Of a stretch of 64,000 bases of DNA, positions 1-10,187 are shown piece after piece. Positions within the stretch are counted from its first letter, which is position 1; each line of letters begins with the position of its first letter. Made by a program: the position numbers and the translations under genes. A model generated the notes under the pieces. The model was not told where the DNA came from. It did not search any database and was given only the letters and a program-made list of their open reading frames with translations. The stretch is from contig JASGFL010000003.1 in NCBI GenBank assembly GCA_047605545.1, positions 14,755-78,754 of the forward strand, given 5' to 3'. Source of the stretch: Asticcacaulis sp. GTDB lineage: Bacteria > Pseudomonadota > Alphaproteobacteria > Caulobacterales > Caulobacteraceae.

Positions 1-2
1 AC

Positions 3-635
3 GAGGGCGATGCACGCATTGACGGCGTACCGGGCACGCATGCGCCGGTGATGCTCAATTTTCTGGATGTGGCCGGATCAAGCTGCGGGGCGCTTTTGCC
101 GACGGGCAATGTGGTCGATGAGGTTGACGGCGTTGCGGTGACACTGATCGATAATGGCATGCCGGTGGTGGTGCTGAATGCCGCTGATTTCGGCCTGAGC
201 GGTTTGGAAACGCCTGAGGCATTAGAGGCCAATGGGGAGCTTAAGGCCCGCATCGAGGCCATCAGGCTCAAAGTCGGGCCGATGATGAATCTGGGGGACG
301 TGAGCCAAAAGTCTGTCCCGAAGATGAGCCTGATTTCACCGGCGCAGAATGGCGGCGATATTTCTACCCGCACCTTCATTCCCCATCGTGTGCATGAGGC
401 CATTGGTGTTCTGGGGGCCGTTAGTGTCGCTACGGCGGTGGCGCTGAGGGAAGGCATTACAGGCTCTAAAACCTTTGAAATTGAACATCCGACCGGCTTT
501 TTCAGCGTGGAAATGGATATCGAAGGCGCAGGCGCAGATCTTAAGGTTCGGCGTTCGGCGCTATTGCGCACCGCGCGGCTTCTGATGCGCGGCGAGGTTA
601 TGGTGTCGTCTGCCGTCTGGCCGCAGGAGGTATAG
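3..635 (+). CDS. ligU: 4-oxalomesaconate tautomerase (PrpF/LigU/GalD family), 5'-truncated by the window edge
   Basis: Frame is open from base 3 (EGDARIDGVPGTHAPV). It has PrpF-family motifs IDNGMPVV, KSVPKM, RTFIPHRVH, EHPTG and RTARLLMRG, and heads the lig operon. Confidence 0.88.
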   Translation, partial: EGDARIDGVPGTHAPVMLNFLDVAGSSCGALLPTGNVVDEVDGVAVTLIDNGMPVVVLNAADFGLSGLETPEALEANGELKARIEAIRLKVGPMMNLGDVSQKSVPKMSLISPAQNGGDISTRTFIPHRVHEAIGVLGAVSVATAVALREGITGSKTFEIEHPTGFFSVEMDIEGAGADLKVRRSALLRTARLLMRGEVMVSSAVWPQEV

Positions 636-637
636 AC

Positions 638-1480
638 ATGAGTTTTGAAACCATTGCTCTGATCGGGTTTGGTGAGGTCGGTAAGGCGCTTAAGGCGGAT
701 ATGGTGGCGTCGGGTAAGACCGTGCGGGCCTATGATATTGCCGTTGAGGCCGACGGGTTTGACTCTGCGGCCGAAGCCGTCAAAGGGGCCGGACTGATTA
801 TTTCAGCCGTAACCGCGGCGCGGACGGTGGATGCCGCCAAGTCGGTGATCGGCGGGATTGAAAAGGGCAGCTATTATCTTGATCTCAATTCAGCGGCACC
901 GGCCACGAAACAGCAGGCGGCCCTGATTATTGAACGGGCTGGCGGGCGTTTTGTCGAAGCCTCGGTTATGTCACCTATTTTCCCAAAGCGTATTGCCTCA
1001 CCCATATTGCTGGGCGGGCCGCATGCACGGATGTTTGAAGCGGATATTCAGGCGCTGGGTTTTACGGGTGCGAAGCTGTGCTCGGAGCAGTTGGGTAAGG
1101 CGTCGGCCACCAAGCTGTGTCGTTCGGTGATGATCAAGGGCCTTGAGGCGCTGATTTCAGAATCGCTTTTGTCGGCGCGTTTCTATGGGGTCGAGGCCGA
1201 GGTGCTGGCGTCGCTCAACAACCTGTTTCCGCATCCCGACTGGAGCGGATATGCGCAATATATGATTTCGCGCACGCTGGAGCATGGGGCGCGTCGCTCC
1301 GAAGAAATGTTCGAGGCCGCCAAGACCGTTGAAGGAGCGGGTATTCATCCGCTGATGGCCACGGCGACGGCGCACCGTCAGGCGGAAATGCCTGCCTATG
1401 CCTCGGCCCTGTCAGAGACTGATCTTTTACGGATGCTTGATGCCATTCGCGCACAAATAAATACAACGGAGGACGCCTGA
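638..1480 (+). CDS. NAD(P)-dependent oxidoreductase, 6-phosphogluconate/3-hydroxyisobutyrate dehydrogenase-like with DUF1932-type C-terminus
   Basis: Rossmann motif GFGEVG; ASATKLCRSVMIKGLEAL; HGARRSEEM. Its stop overlaps the ligJ start (TGATG). Confidence 0.8.
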   Translation: MSFETIALIGFGEVGKALKADMVASGKTVRAYDIAVEADGFDSAAEAVKGAGLIISAVTAARTVDAAKSVIGGIEKGSYYLDLNSAAPATKQQAALIIERAGGRFVEASVMSPIFPKRIASPILLGGPHARMFEADIQALGFTGAKLCSEQLGKASATKLCRSVMIKGLEALISESLLSARFYGVEAEVLASLNNLFPHPDWSGYAQYMISRTLEHGARRSEEMFEAAKTVEGAGIHPLMATATAHRQAEMPAYASALSETDLLRMLDAIRAQINTTEDA

Positions 1481-2520
1481 TGAGCCTTGATTCCCCACTA
1501 ATTATTGACTGCCACGGCCATTACACGACGGCACCGGCGCCCCTGACGCAGTTCCGCGAAAGCCAACTGGCGCATTTTCATGATCCGCTGAAACCGGCAC
1601 CCGCCGGTGTTGTGGTCAGCGATGATGAAATTCGTGAATCGATCGAGAAAAACCAGCTGCGCCTGCTTAAAGAGCGCGGCGCAGACATGACCATTTTCAG
1701 CCCGCGTGCCTCGGTAATGGCGCATCACGAAGGTGATGAAGCGGTGTCAAAGCGCTGGACGCGTGAATCCAACGACCTGATCAAGCGGGTCGTGGACATG
1801 TATCCCGACTATTTCATCGGGGTCTGTCAGTTGCCGCAGTCACCGGGTGCGACCTTACAGGGGTCGATTGAAGAACTGGAACGCTGCGTTACCGAACTGG
1901 GCTTCATTGGCTGTAATCTGAACCCTGATCCGTCCGGCGGGCACTTCAACGCCCCGCCGATATACGACAAATACTGGTACCCGTTCTTTGAGAAGATGGT
2001 TGAACTTGATGTGCCGGCCATGATCCACGTGTCGGGTTCGTGCAACAAGGCGTTCCATGCGACCGGTGCCTATTACATCAATGCCGATACGACCGCCTTT
2101 ATGCAGCTTATTCAGGGTGATCTGTTCGCCGATTTCCCTGAACTGCGTCTGATTATTCCGCATGGTGGCGGGGCGGTGCCCTATCACTGGGGGCGGTATC
2201 GCGGTCTGGCGGATATGCTGAAAAAGCCTAATCTGCGCGATCATGTCATGAAGAACGTCTATTTTGACACCTGCGTCTATCACCAGCCGGGCATTGATCT
2301 TCTGTTTGAGGTTATCGACAAGCAGAACATCCTGTTCGGGTCGGAAATGGTCGGGGCAGTGCGCGGTATTGATCCGGAAACCGGCTTCTATTTTGATGAC
2401 ACCAAGCGCTATGTCGATAAGCTCGGCCTGTCGAAGCAGGATCGTTATAATATCTACGAAGGCAATGCCCGTCGCGTCTTCCCGCGTCTGGATGCAGCCC
2501 TTAAGGCACGGGGGCGGTAA
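1480..2520 (+). CDS. ligJ: 4-oxalomesaconate hydratase (amidohydrolase fold)
   Basis: IIDCHGHYTTAP, FSPRAS, CNLNPDPSGG, PAMIHVS, IIPHGGGAVPYHWGRYRG, FDTCVYHQPG and FGSEMVGAV all match the LigJ/PmdE family. Confidence 0.93.
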   Translation: MSLDSPLIIDCHGHYTTAPAPLTQFRESQLAHFHDPLKPAPAGVVVSDDEIRESIEKNQLRLLKERGADMTIFSPRASVMAHHEGDEAVSKRWTRESNDLIKRVVDMYPDYFIGVCQLPQSPGATLQGSIEELERCVTELGFIGCNLNPDPSGGHFNAPPIYDKYWYPFFEKMVELDVPAMIHVSGSCNKAFHATGAYYINADTTAFMQLIQGDLFADFPELRLIIPHGGGAVPYHWGRYRGLADMLKKPNLRDHVMKNVYFDTCVYHQPGIDLLFEVIDKQNILFGSEMVGAVRGIDPETGFYFDDTKRYVDKLGLSKQDRYNIYEGNARRVFPRLDAALKARGR

Positions 2521-3413
2521 TGGCGGCTTTTACCAAAGATGCCGACTGGCTGGACTGGCATCCCAATCCGTCAAAACCGGCGTTTAAATTACCGGCGGGT
2601 GCGGTCGATGCCCATTGTCACGTCTTCGGGCCTGGCGACCAGTTTCCGTTTGCGCCGGAACGCAAATACACGCCTTGCGATGCGTCCTGGCAGCAACTGT
2701 TTGCCCTGCGTGATTTTTTAGGCTTTGAGCGCAATGTCATCGTTCAGGCCACTTGTCATGGCGCGGATAATCGCGCCCTGCTGGATGCCATTGCCCGCTC
2801 CGAAGGCAAGGCGCGCGGGGTTGCCACGGTAAAGCGCAGCGTCACTGATGAAGAGTTACAAGCCCTGCATGACGGCGGTGTGCGCGGGGTGCGTTTCAAC
2901 TTCGTCAAGCGTCTGGTGGATGCTCTGCCGTTCGACAGCCTGTCCGAGATTGCCGAACGGGTGGCAAAGCTTGGGTGGCACATTGTCATCTATTTCGAGG
3001 CGGATGATCTGGCGGAATATTTCGACTTTTTCACCAGCCTGCCGACGACAGTCGTGGTCGATCATATGGGCCGCCCCGATGTCTCCAAAGATGCGTTCGG
3101 GCCGGATTTCGATCTGTTCGTCAAGCTGATGGAAAATGAAAACTTCTGGTGCAAGACGACCTGTCCGGAACGGCTGTCCTTAAGCGGCCCGCCGGCCTAT
3201 GAGGACGTGGTGCCGTTCGCCAGGCGTATCGTCGAAGCCTTCCCCGACCGTGTGTTGTGGGGCACCGACTGGCCGCATCCGAACATGAAAACGCACATGC
3301 CTGATGATGGGCATCTGGTGGATTTCATTCCGAAGATCGCGGTGACACCAGAGCTTCAGAACAAACTTCTGGTTCAGAATCCGCGCCGTCTTTACTGGCC
3401 CGAAGAACAATAA
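2520..3413 (+). CDS. ligI: 2-pyrone-4,6-dicarboxylate lactonase
   Basis: AVDAHCHVFGP, ERKYTPCDA, VIVQATCHGADN, GVRFNFVKRLVD, DHMGRPD, CPERLS, WGTDWPHPN. Confidence 0.93.
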   Translation: MAAFTKDADWLDWHPNPSKPAFKLPAGAVDAHCHVFGPGDQFPFAPERKYTPCDASWQQLFALRDFLGFERNVIVQATCHGADNRALLDAIARSEGKARGVATVKRSVTDEELQALHDGGVRGVRFNFVKRLVDALPFDSLSEIAERVAKLGWHIVIYFEADDLAEYFDFFTSLPTTVVVDHMGRPDVSKDAFGPDFDLFVKLMENENFWCKTTCPERLSLSGPPAYEDVVPFARRIVEAFPDRVLWGTDWPHPNMKTHMPDDGHLVDFIPKIAVTPELQNKLLVQNPRRLYWPEEQ

Positions 3414-3424
3414 GGTATAAGGAA

Positions 3425-4662
<1,238 letters not shown>

Positions 4663-4666
4663 GCAC

Positions 4667-5611
4667 ATGAAAGTCGCACTGGCAGGCGCGGGCGCCTTTG
4701 GCATTAAACATCTTGATGGCATCAAAAATATTGCCGACGTAGAGGTGGTGGCACTGGTCAGCCGTGATCTGGAAAAGACAAAAGCCGTCGCGGACAAATA
4801 TGGCATCGCCCATGCCTTTACCGAGCTTGATCAGGCGCTGGCCCTGCCCGAAGTGGATGCGGTTATTCTTTGTACGCCGACCCAGATGCACGCCGCGCAG
4901 GCTATTGCCTGTATGAAGGCGGGCAAGCATGTTCAGGTGGAAATCCCGCTGGCTGACAGCTGGGCCGATGCCGAAGCTGTGCTGAAGACGCAAGTGGAAA
5001 CCGGACTGGTGTGCATGGTCGGTCATACGCGCCGGTTCAATCCGTCACATCAGTATGTCCATAACCTGATCCGCGACGGTAAGCTGAACATTCAGCAGAT
5101 GGATGTGCAGACCTATTTCTTCAGACGCACCAATATGAATGCGCTGGGTGAGCCACGCTCATGGACGGATCACCTGTTGTGGCATCATGCCGCCCATACG
5201 GTTGACCTGTTTGCCTATCAGGCGGGTTCGCCGGTTGTTAAGGCCAATGCGCTTCAGGGGCCAATCCATCCGGAACTGGGCATTGCCATGGATATGTCCA
5301 TTCAGTTGCTGGCGGCCAACGGGGCTATCTGTACCCTTAGCCTGTCGTTCAACAATGACGGCCCGCTGGGGACCTTCTTCCGCTATATCGGCGACACCGG
5401 CACCTATATTGCCCGTTACGACGATCTGGTGAACGGCAAGGAAGAAAAGATCGACGTATCGAATGTGGATGTGTCGATGAACGGCATTGAGCTTCAGGAT
5501 CGTGAATTCTTCGCTGCGATCCGAGAGGGACGTGAACCTAATTCATCGGTCGCCAAAGTGCTGCCGTGCTATAAGGTTCTGCATGATCTGGAGGTGCAGC
5601 TTCAGAGTTAA
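4667..5611 (+). CDS. ligC: 4-carboxy-2-hydroxymuconate-6-semialdehyde dehydrogenase (Gfo/Idh/MocA family)
   Basis: GAGAFGIKH, CTPTQMHA, KHVQVEIP, GHTRRFNPSHQ, RSWTDHLLWHHAAHTVD, NGIELQDREF. An alternative ATG lies at 4652. Confidence 0.93.
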   Translation: MKVALAGAGAFGIKHLDGIKNIADVEVVALVSRDLEKTKAVADKYGIAHAFTELDQALALPEVDAVILCTPTQMHAAQAIACMKAGKHVQVEIPLADSWADAEAVLKTQVETGLVCMVGHTRRFNPSHQYVHNLIRDGKLNIQQMDVQTYFFRRTNMNALGEPRSWTDHLLWHHAAHTVDLFAYQAGSPVVKANALQGPIHPELGIAMDMSIQLLAANGAICTLSLSFNNDGPLGTFFRYIGDTGTYIARYDDLVNGKEEKIDVSNVDVSMNGIELQDREFFAAIREGREPNSSVAKVLPCYKVLHDLEVQLQS

Positions 5612-5642
5612 GTCACTGTTTCGACAGGGACTTGAAATAAGG

Positions 5643-5681
5643 ATGCCGGCCTGTAAGTCTCCCGCAGGCCGGTATTTTTTT
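5643..5681 (+). terminator. Intrinsic terminator of the lig operon
   Basis: Stem ATGCCGGCCTG / CAGGCCGGTAT, loop TAAGTCTCCCG, followed by a T7 tract. Confidence 0.8.
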
Positions 5682-6591
5682 AAGTTTCGGGGCTATGGGC
5701 CATGCTGTGATGCGCCTGCCGATAGGCGCGCGGAGATTGTCCGGTCGATCGGGTGAACAGGCGTGAGAAATAGGCCGGATCGTCAAAGCCCAGACTGAGG
5801 GCGCAATCGCTGATGCTCATGTCCGAATAGATCAGCAGGCGCTTGGCTTCGATCAGACGGCGATTGAGAATGTGCTGCATCGGTGAGGCTTCGCCCGCCT
5901 TCTGACAGGCATAGCGTAGCTGGGCTTCGCTGACATGAAGATCAGACAGATACTCAGGAAGTGTGCGGCCGCTCTTGTAATATTGTTCGATCTGCTGATG
6001 AAAACGGGCCATCACATGCCGGTAGTTGCCGGGCATCAGATCGGAGGCGCTGCGTTCCGCCTGAGACAGGCGATAGACATCAATCAGCAGTACCGCCAGA
6101 CTGGCTTCTATGGCCGCGCGTTGCGCAGGCGCCTGCCAGCTTTGTTCACGCTCAAGGCGGTGAATGATATGTAGCACATCCTCTGTGCGTGATTTTAGTG
6201 GCAGGGCGCGCATGCGTGACCCCAGGCCATCGATACCTGTGCGCGTGGCGATCAGGTCTTTGAGAAAGGCGTCGGCCAGTGTCAGCACATAGCCTTCGAC
6301 CTGAGCATCAAAATTAAAGCCGTGCACAATGCCTGTGGGGATAAACAATATGTGCGGGCCGTCGAACAGGATTTCACGGTCATCCGCATAAACACTGCCC
6401 GCCCCTTTGAGGATGACGAAGAGGTGCGTCAGGCTGTCGTGTTTGTGTGGTTTGATGCGGCCACGCAGCGGGCCTGAGCGCGCCTTGATGGTTTCGAGGT
6501 GCAGGAAGTGCTGATCGACCGCGCGCGTAGGTTCCCCATAGAGGTAAAAATGCGGAACATAATCCCCCTTAGGGGTGGCGGGAACATTCAT
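5680..6591 (-). CDS. pobR: AraC-family regulator, PobR type (cupin plus AraC helix-turn-helix)
   Basis: N-terminal VPHFYLYGE...HLETI...IKPHKHDSL; C-terminal RRLIEAKRLL...LGFDDPAYFSRLF. Adjacent to pobA. Confidence 0.8.
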   Translation of the reverse strand: MNVPATPKGDYVPHFYLYGEPTRAVDQHFLHLETIKARSGPLRGRIKPHKHDSLTHLFVILKGAGSVYADDREILFDGPHILFIPTGIVHGFNFDAQVEGYVLTLADAFLKDLIATRTGIDGLGSRMRALPLKSRTEDVLHIIHRLEREQSWQAPAQRAAIEASLAVLLIDVYRLSQAERSASDLMPGNYRHVMARFHQQIEQYYKSGRTLPEYLSDLHVSEAQLRYACQKAGEASPMQHILNRRLIEAKRLLIYSDMSISDCALSLGFDDPAYFSRLFTRSTGQSPRAYRQAHHSMAHSPET

Positions 6592-6704
6592 GCGGCTGTG
6601 GTCGGCAATCGACCGCTCCTGACAGGAAAGGGTGTGGCCAGACTATAATATTTGTCCAACAGAGAACAGAAATTTATTGGCGGCAGTAACCGGTCGGTGT
6701 GACA

Positions 6705-6741
6705 ATCGGCAGATGTCGAGGCATTCAGGACATCTGCCGAT
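6705..6741. other. Perfect 13-bp stem-loop just 3' of pobA, without a U tract
   Basis: ATCGGCAGATGTC / GACATCTGCCGAT with an 11-nt loop. Confidence 0.7.
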
Positions 6742-6750
6742 ATGTGTCGG

Positions 6751-7926
6751 TTAGTAGGGCAGGCCGATATAGTTTTCCGCCAGCGAGGTCTGGGCGGCGC
6801 GGCTGGAACGCAGATAGGCCAGCTCGGCTTTTTGCATCTTGCGATCGAACAGGGTCTGGTCAGGGAAGCGGTGCGTCAGCAGGGTCATGGACCATGAAAA
6901 ACGCTCGGCCTTCCAGATGCGGCTTAAGGCGCGTTGCTCATAGCCTTTGAGGCCGGATTCATCGCCTGTCTTGATCTGGTCGATCAGGGCCAGGGCCAGA
7001 TAGGTGACATCCGAAGCGGCCAGATTAAGGCCCTTGGCACCGGCAGGCGGTACGATGTGCGCGGCGTCGCCACACAGGAACAAACGCCCTTCCTGCATCT
7101 TTTCGCAGACATAGGAACGCAGCGGTGCGATCGATTTTTCAATCGAAGGGCCGCGCGTCAGCGTGCCCTTGTCGTTCAGACGCAGCGAAAGCTCATCCCA
7201 GATGCGTTCATCCGACCAGTCCTCGATTTTCTGATCAAGGCCGACCTGAATATAGTAGCGGCTGCGGGTATTGGAGCGCATCGAGGCCAGAGCGAAGCCG
7301 TTTTCATGGTTGGAATAGATCAGTTCATGATCCATTGGCGGGACATCGGCCATGATCCCCAGCCAGCCAAAGGGATAAACTTTTTCCACGGCATAAGATT
7401 CGGCGTTTTTGATGGTCTGGCGGGCAATGCCGTGAAAGCCGTCACAACCGGCAATGTACTGACAGTCCAGACGCTTTTCGACGCCGTCCTTGGTGTAGGT
7501 CACATAGGGGCTTGCGGAATCCACCCCATGCAGGGCGACGTCTTTGGCTTCGAACACCAGAGGAATATGGCGTTCGGCACAGGCATCCATCAGGTCAATC
7601 GTAATCTCGGTCTGGCCATAGACCATTACGTCTGTGCCCACCAGATTGTGCAGATCAATACGGAAGGGGACGTCATCATCCAGAAGCGTAAAGCCCTCAT
7701 GCGGCAGGCCCACCTTGTCCATGCGGGCATTGACACCGACCTTGCGCAGCAATTCGACGGTGCCCTGTTCAAGCACACCGGCGCGAATACGGCCTTCGGT
7801 ATAGGCGCGGGTCTGACGCTCAAGCACCACACAGTCTATGCCTTCGATATGCAGCAGGTGCGACAGCATCAGGCCGGAGACGCCGCCACCAATAATGGCG
7901 ACAGTCGTTTTGGAAGGTACGTCCAT
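6751..7926 (-). CDS. pobA: 4-hydroxybenzoate 3-monooxygenase (flavoprotein)
   Basis: GGGVSG FAD motif, RIRAGVLEQG, IAGCDGFHG, YPFGWLG, ELIYSNH, GDAAHIVPPAGAKGLNLAASD, LAENYIGLPY. Confidence 0.95.
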   Translation of the reverse strand: MDVPSKTTVAIIGGGVSGLMLSHLLHIEGIDCVVLERQTRAYTEGRIRAGVLEQGTVELLRKVGVNARMDKVGLPHEGFTLLDDDVPFRIDLHNLVGTDVMVYGQTEITIDLMDACAERHIPLVFEAKDVALHGVDSASPYVTYTKDGVEKRLDCQYIAGCDGFHGIARQTIKNAESYAVEKVYPFGWLGIMADVPPMDHELIYSNHENGFALASMRSNTRSRYYIQVGLDQKIEDWSDERIWDELSLRLNDKGTLTRGPSIEKSIAPLRSYVCEKMQEGRLFLCGDAAHIVPPAGAKGLNLAASDVTYLALALIDQIKTGDESGLKGYEQRALSRIWKAERFSWSMTLLTHRFPDQTLFDRKMQKAELAYLRSSRAAQTSLAENYIGLPY

Positions 7927-8036
7927 TTTCCATCCCTTTTTAGTTATTTATAATACCTAAAAATATGCCGGAAAATGGAGGGTGTGCCTATGGAGTGAGT
8001 TATCAGAAACTTGGACAAAACTGAGAAATCAGGGCG

Positions 8037-8064
8037 AAAAAAAGCGCGCCATTTCGGGCGCGCT
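8037..8064 (-). terminator. Intrinsic terminator downstream of the marR gene
   Basis: On the minus strand: AGCGCGCC-CGAAAT-GGCGCGCT followed by T7. Confidence 0.7.
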
Positions 8065-8091
8065 GTTTCTGTGGTGGCGTGAGGTGCGGGC

Positions 8092-8532
8092 TTATCTGAA
8101 GCTGCCGAGAACCCGCAGGCCGGTCATGAAGCTGTCGGGGTCCACGCCCGCTTTTTGCAACAGGCCGACCAGTCTGGCCCTGTGTTCAGCCTCGATGCGG
8201 TCGGCTTCGGACAGAATTTCAATGCCCTTTGGCGTCAGGGTGATCTGGTTGGCGCGGCGGTCTTTTTCATCCACCAGACGCTCGGTCAGGCCGCGTTCCT
8301 GAAGGGTGTCGATAAGCTTGACGACATTGGGACGCGCTATGTTCAGGTGGTCGCCGATAATGTGCTGGCGGATGCCGGCATTGGCTTCGATCAGGCGTAG
8401 CGCGGCAATGTCCACAGGGCGCAGATCAAGGTCTTTCAGCTTGTCTATCAGGTCGCTGAAGACATTAAGCTGGGCCAAGCGGAGGTGGAAGCCGAACTGC
8501 TGATCAAGGGCGTCAGGTATGGAAAAAGACAT
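8092..8532 (-). CDS. MarR-family regulator divergent from vdh-ech-fcs (probable hydroxycinnamoyl-CoA-responsive repressor, FerC/CouR-like role)
   Basis: FGFHLRLAQ...IEANAGIRQ...LIDTLQERGL...DRRANQITLT winged-helix pattern. The specific role is inferred from context. Confidence 0.8.
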   Translation of the reverse strand: MSFSIPDALDQQFGFHLRLAQLNVFSDLIDKLKDLDLRPVDIAALRLIEANAGIRQHIIGDHLNIARPNVVKLIDTLQERGLTERLVDEKDRRANQITLTPKGIEILSEADRIEAEHRARLVGLLQKAGVDPDSFMTGLRVLGSFR

Positions 8533-8619
8533 TTATTTATAGGTATCTGTTCTGGATTCTGTGATGTGTGTGACACTTCATATCAGAAAATAACAAGATT
8601 TTTCAAAATAAATAATGAC

Positions 8620-8650
8620 AAATATAATTGTTATGTTTAATATCTAATAT
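8620..8650. promoter_or_regulatory. AT-rich candidate operator in the marR/vdh divergent promoter
   Basis: AAATATAATTG-TTATGTTTAAT-ATCTAATAT. It contains GTTAT-N5-ATATC, and related blocks recur at 15638, 17116 and 31960. Confidence 0.45.
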
Positions 8651-8703
8651 TGAGGATGCACGGGGCGCAATAGGCTCCGGCTTTTAACAGGGAGTATGTA
8701 AGC

Positions 8704-10170
8704 ATGTCTGCACAACAGGCTTCGGTTTTGAATCTGAATATAGCCTCTGAAGCGGTGCCTGCCGAAGGCGGTCGCACCTTTAGCCGGTTGAATCCGATTA
8801 CGGGTGATCTGGCGACTGAGGCAGCGGCAGCGTCTGTCAATGACGCCAATAAGGCGGTTGAAGCGGCGGCAGCGGCGCTTCCGGCCTGGTCAGCGCTTGG
8901 CCCCAATGCGCGTCGCGCTGTGCTTCTGAAAGCGGCGGCTGAGGTCGATGCGCTGGGTAATGAATTTGTCGCGGCCATGAAGGCCGAGATTGGCGCGACC
9001 GAAGGCTGGGCGCGGTTCAATGTCATGCTGGCGGGCAATATGCTGCGCGAAGCGGCAAGCCTGACGACGCTGGTTGCTGGTGAGACGATTCCGTCAGACA
9101 AGCCGGGTTGTGTGTCTCTGGCGGTGCGTCAGCCTGCGGGTGTGGTTCTGGGCATTGCGCCGTGGAATGCGCCGGTTATTCTGGCGACCCGTGCGGTGGC
9201 GACGCCGCTGGCCTGTGGTAACACAGTCGTTCTGAAGGCGGCTGAAGCCTGCCCGCGTACCCACGCCCTGATTGTCGAGGCGATCAACCGCGCAGGCGGC
9301 CCCAAGGGCATCGTCAGTCTGGTATCCAACGCCCCCGAAGATGCTCCCGCCATTGTTGGTGCGTTGATTGATCATCCGGCGGTGCGTCGCGTTAATTTCA
9401 CCGGCTCTACCGGCGTCGGGCGTATCATTGCCGAACGTTCGGCCAAGAATCTGAAGCCTGCCCTGCTTGAGTTGGGTGGCAAGGCCCCGATGCTGATCCT
9501 CAAGGAAGCCGATCTGGATGAGGCGGTTAAGGCCGCTGCCTTTGGCGCCTTCATGAATCAGGGCCAGATATGTATGTCGACCGAACGCATCATTGTCGTC
9601 GAAGACATTGCCGATGCCTTTGTCGAAAAATTCGCCGCCAAGGCCAAAACCCTTGTGGCCGGTGATCCGCGCGAAGGGGCGACTCCACTCGGTTCGGTGG
9701 TTGACCTTAAATCCGCCGATAAGGTGCGCGGCCTGATGAAAGATGCCATCTCCAAGGGTGCAAAGCTTGTGGCCGGTGGTGAAGGCGAGGGCGTGCTTAT
9801 TCCGGCTTCAGTGCTGGATGGGGTCACGCCTGAGATGAACATCTATGCCGAAGAAAGCTTCGGGCCGGTGGTGTCGGTTGTGCGCGTAAAGGATGTCGAG
9901 GAAGCCATCCGTGTTGCCAATGACACCGAATATGGTCTGACGGCATCTGTGTTCACGACCAATATTGCCGAGGCCCTTTCGGTGGCGGCACGCATTCAGT
10001 CGGGTATGTGCCACATCAATGGCGCAACCGTTCATGACGAGGCCCAGATGCCCTTCGGTGGCGTCAAGGATTCGGGTTATGGCCGCTTTGGCGGCAAGGC
10101 CGGTATCGCCGAGTTCACCGAGCTGCGCTGGATCACCATCGAAACCAAGCCCGGCCATTTCCCGATCTAA
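8704..10170 (+). CDS. vdh: Vanillin/aromatic aldehyde dehydrogenase
   Basis: IAPWNAP, NFTGSTGVG, LELGGKAP, NQGQICMSTER, EESFGPV, MPFGGVKDSGYGRFGG. First gene of the ech/fcs operon. Confidence 0.85.
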   Translation: MSAQQASVLNLNIASEAVPAEGGRTFSRLNPITGDLATEAAAASVNDANKAVEAAAAALPAWSALGPNARRAVLLKAAAEVDALGNEFVAAMKAEIGATEGWARFNVMLAGNMLREAASLTTLVAGETIPSDKPGCVSLAVRQPAGVVLGIAPWNAPVILATRAVATPLACGNTVVLKAAEACPRTHALIVEAINRAGGPKGIVSLVSNAPEDAPAIVGALIDHPAVRRVNFTGSTGVGRIIAERSAKNLKPALLELGGKAPMLILKEADLDEAVKAAAFGAFMNQGQICMSTERIIVVEDIADAFVEKFAAKAKTLVAGDPREGATPLGSVVDLKSADKVRGLMKDAISKGAKLVAGGEGEGVLIPASVLDGVTPEMNIYAEESFGPVVSVVRVKDVEEAIRVANDTEYGLTASVFTTNIAEALSVAARIQSGMCHINGATVHDEAQMPFGGVKDSGYGRFGGKAGIAEFTELRWITIETKPGHFPI

Positions 10171-10187
10171 TTTTAAGGTACAGTATT

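Noticed and set aside
6751-6780. PobA Y385F (gallate-forming variant)
   Set aside because: The C-terminus reads AENYIGLPY, so the Tyr385 equivalent is retained.
6934-7953. 339-aa plus-strand ORF
   Set aside because: Antisense shadow of pobA; no recognisable motifs. Such shadows are expected from GC-rich codon usage.
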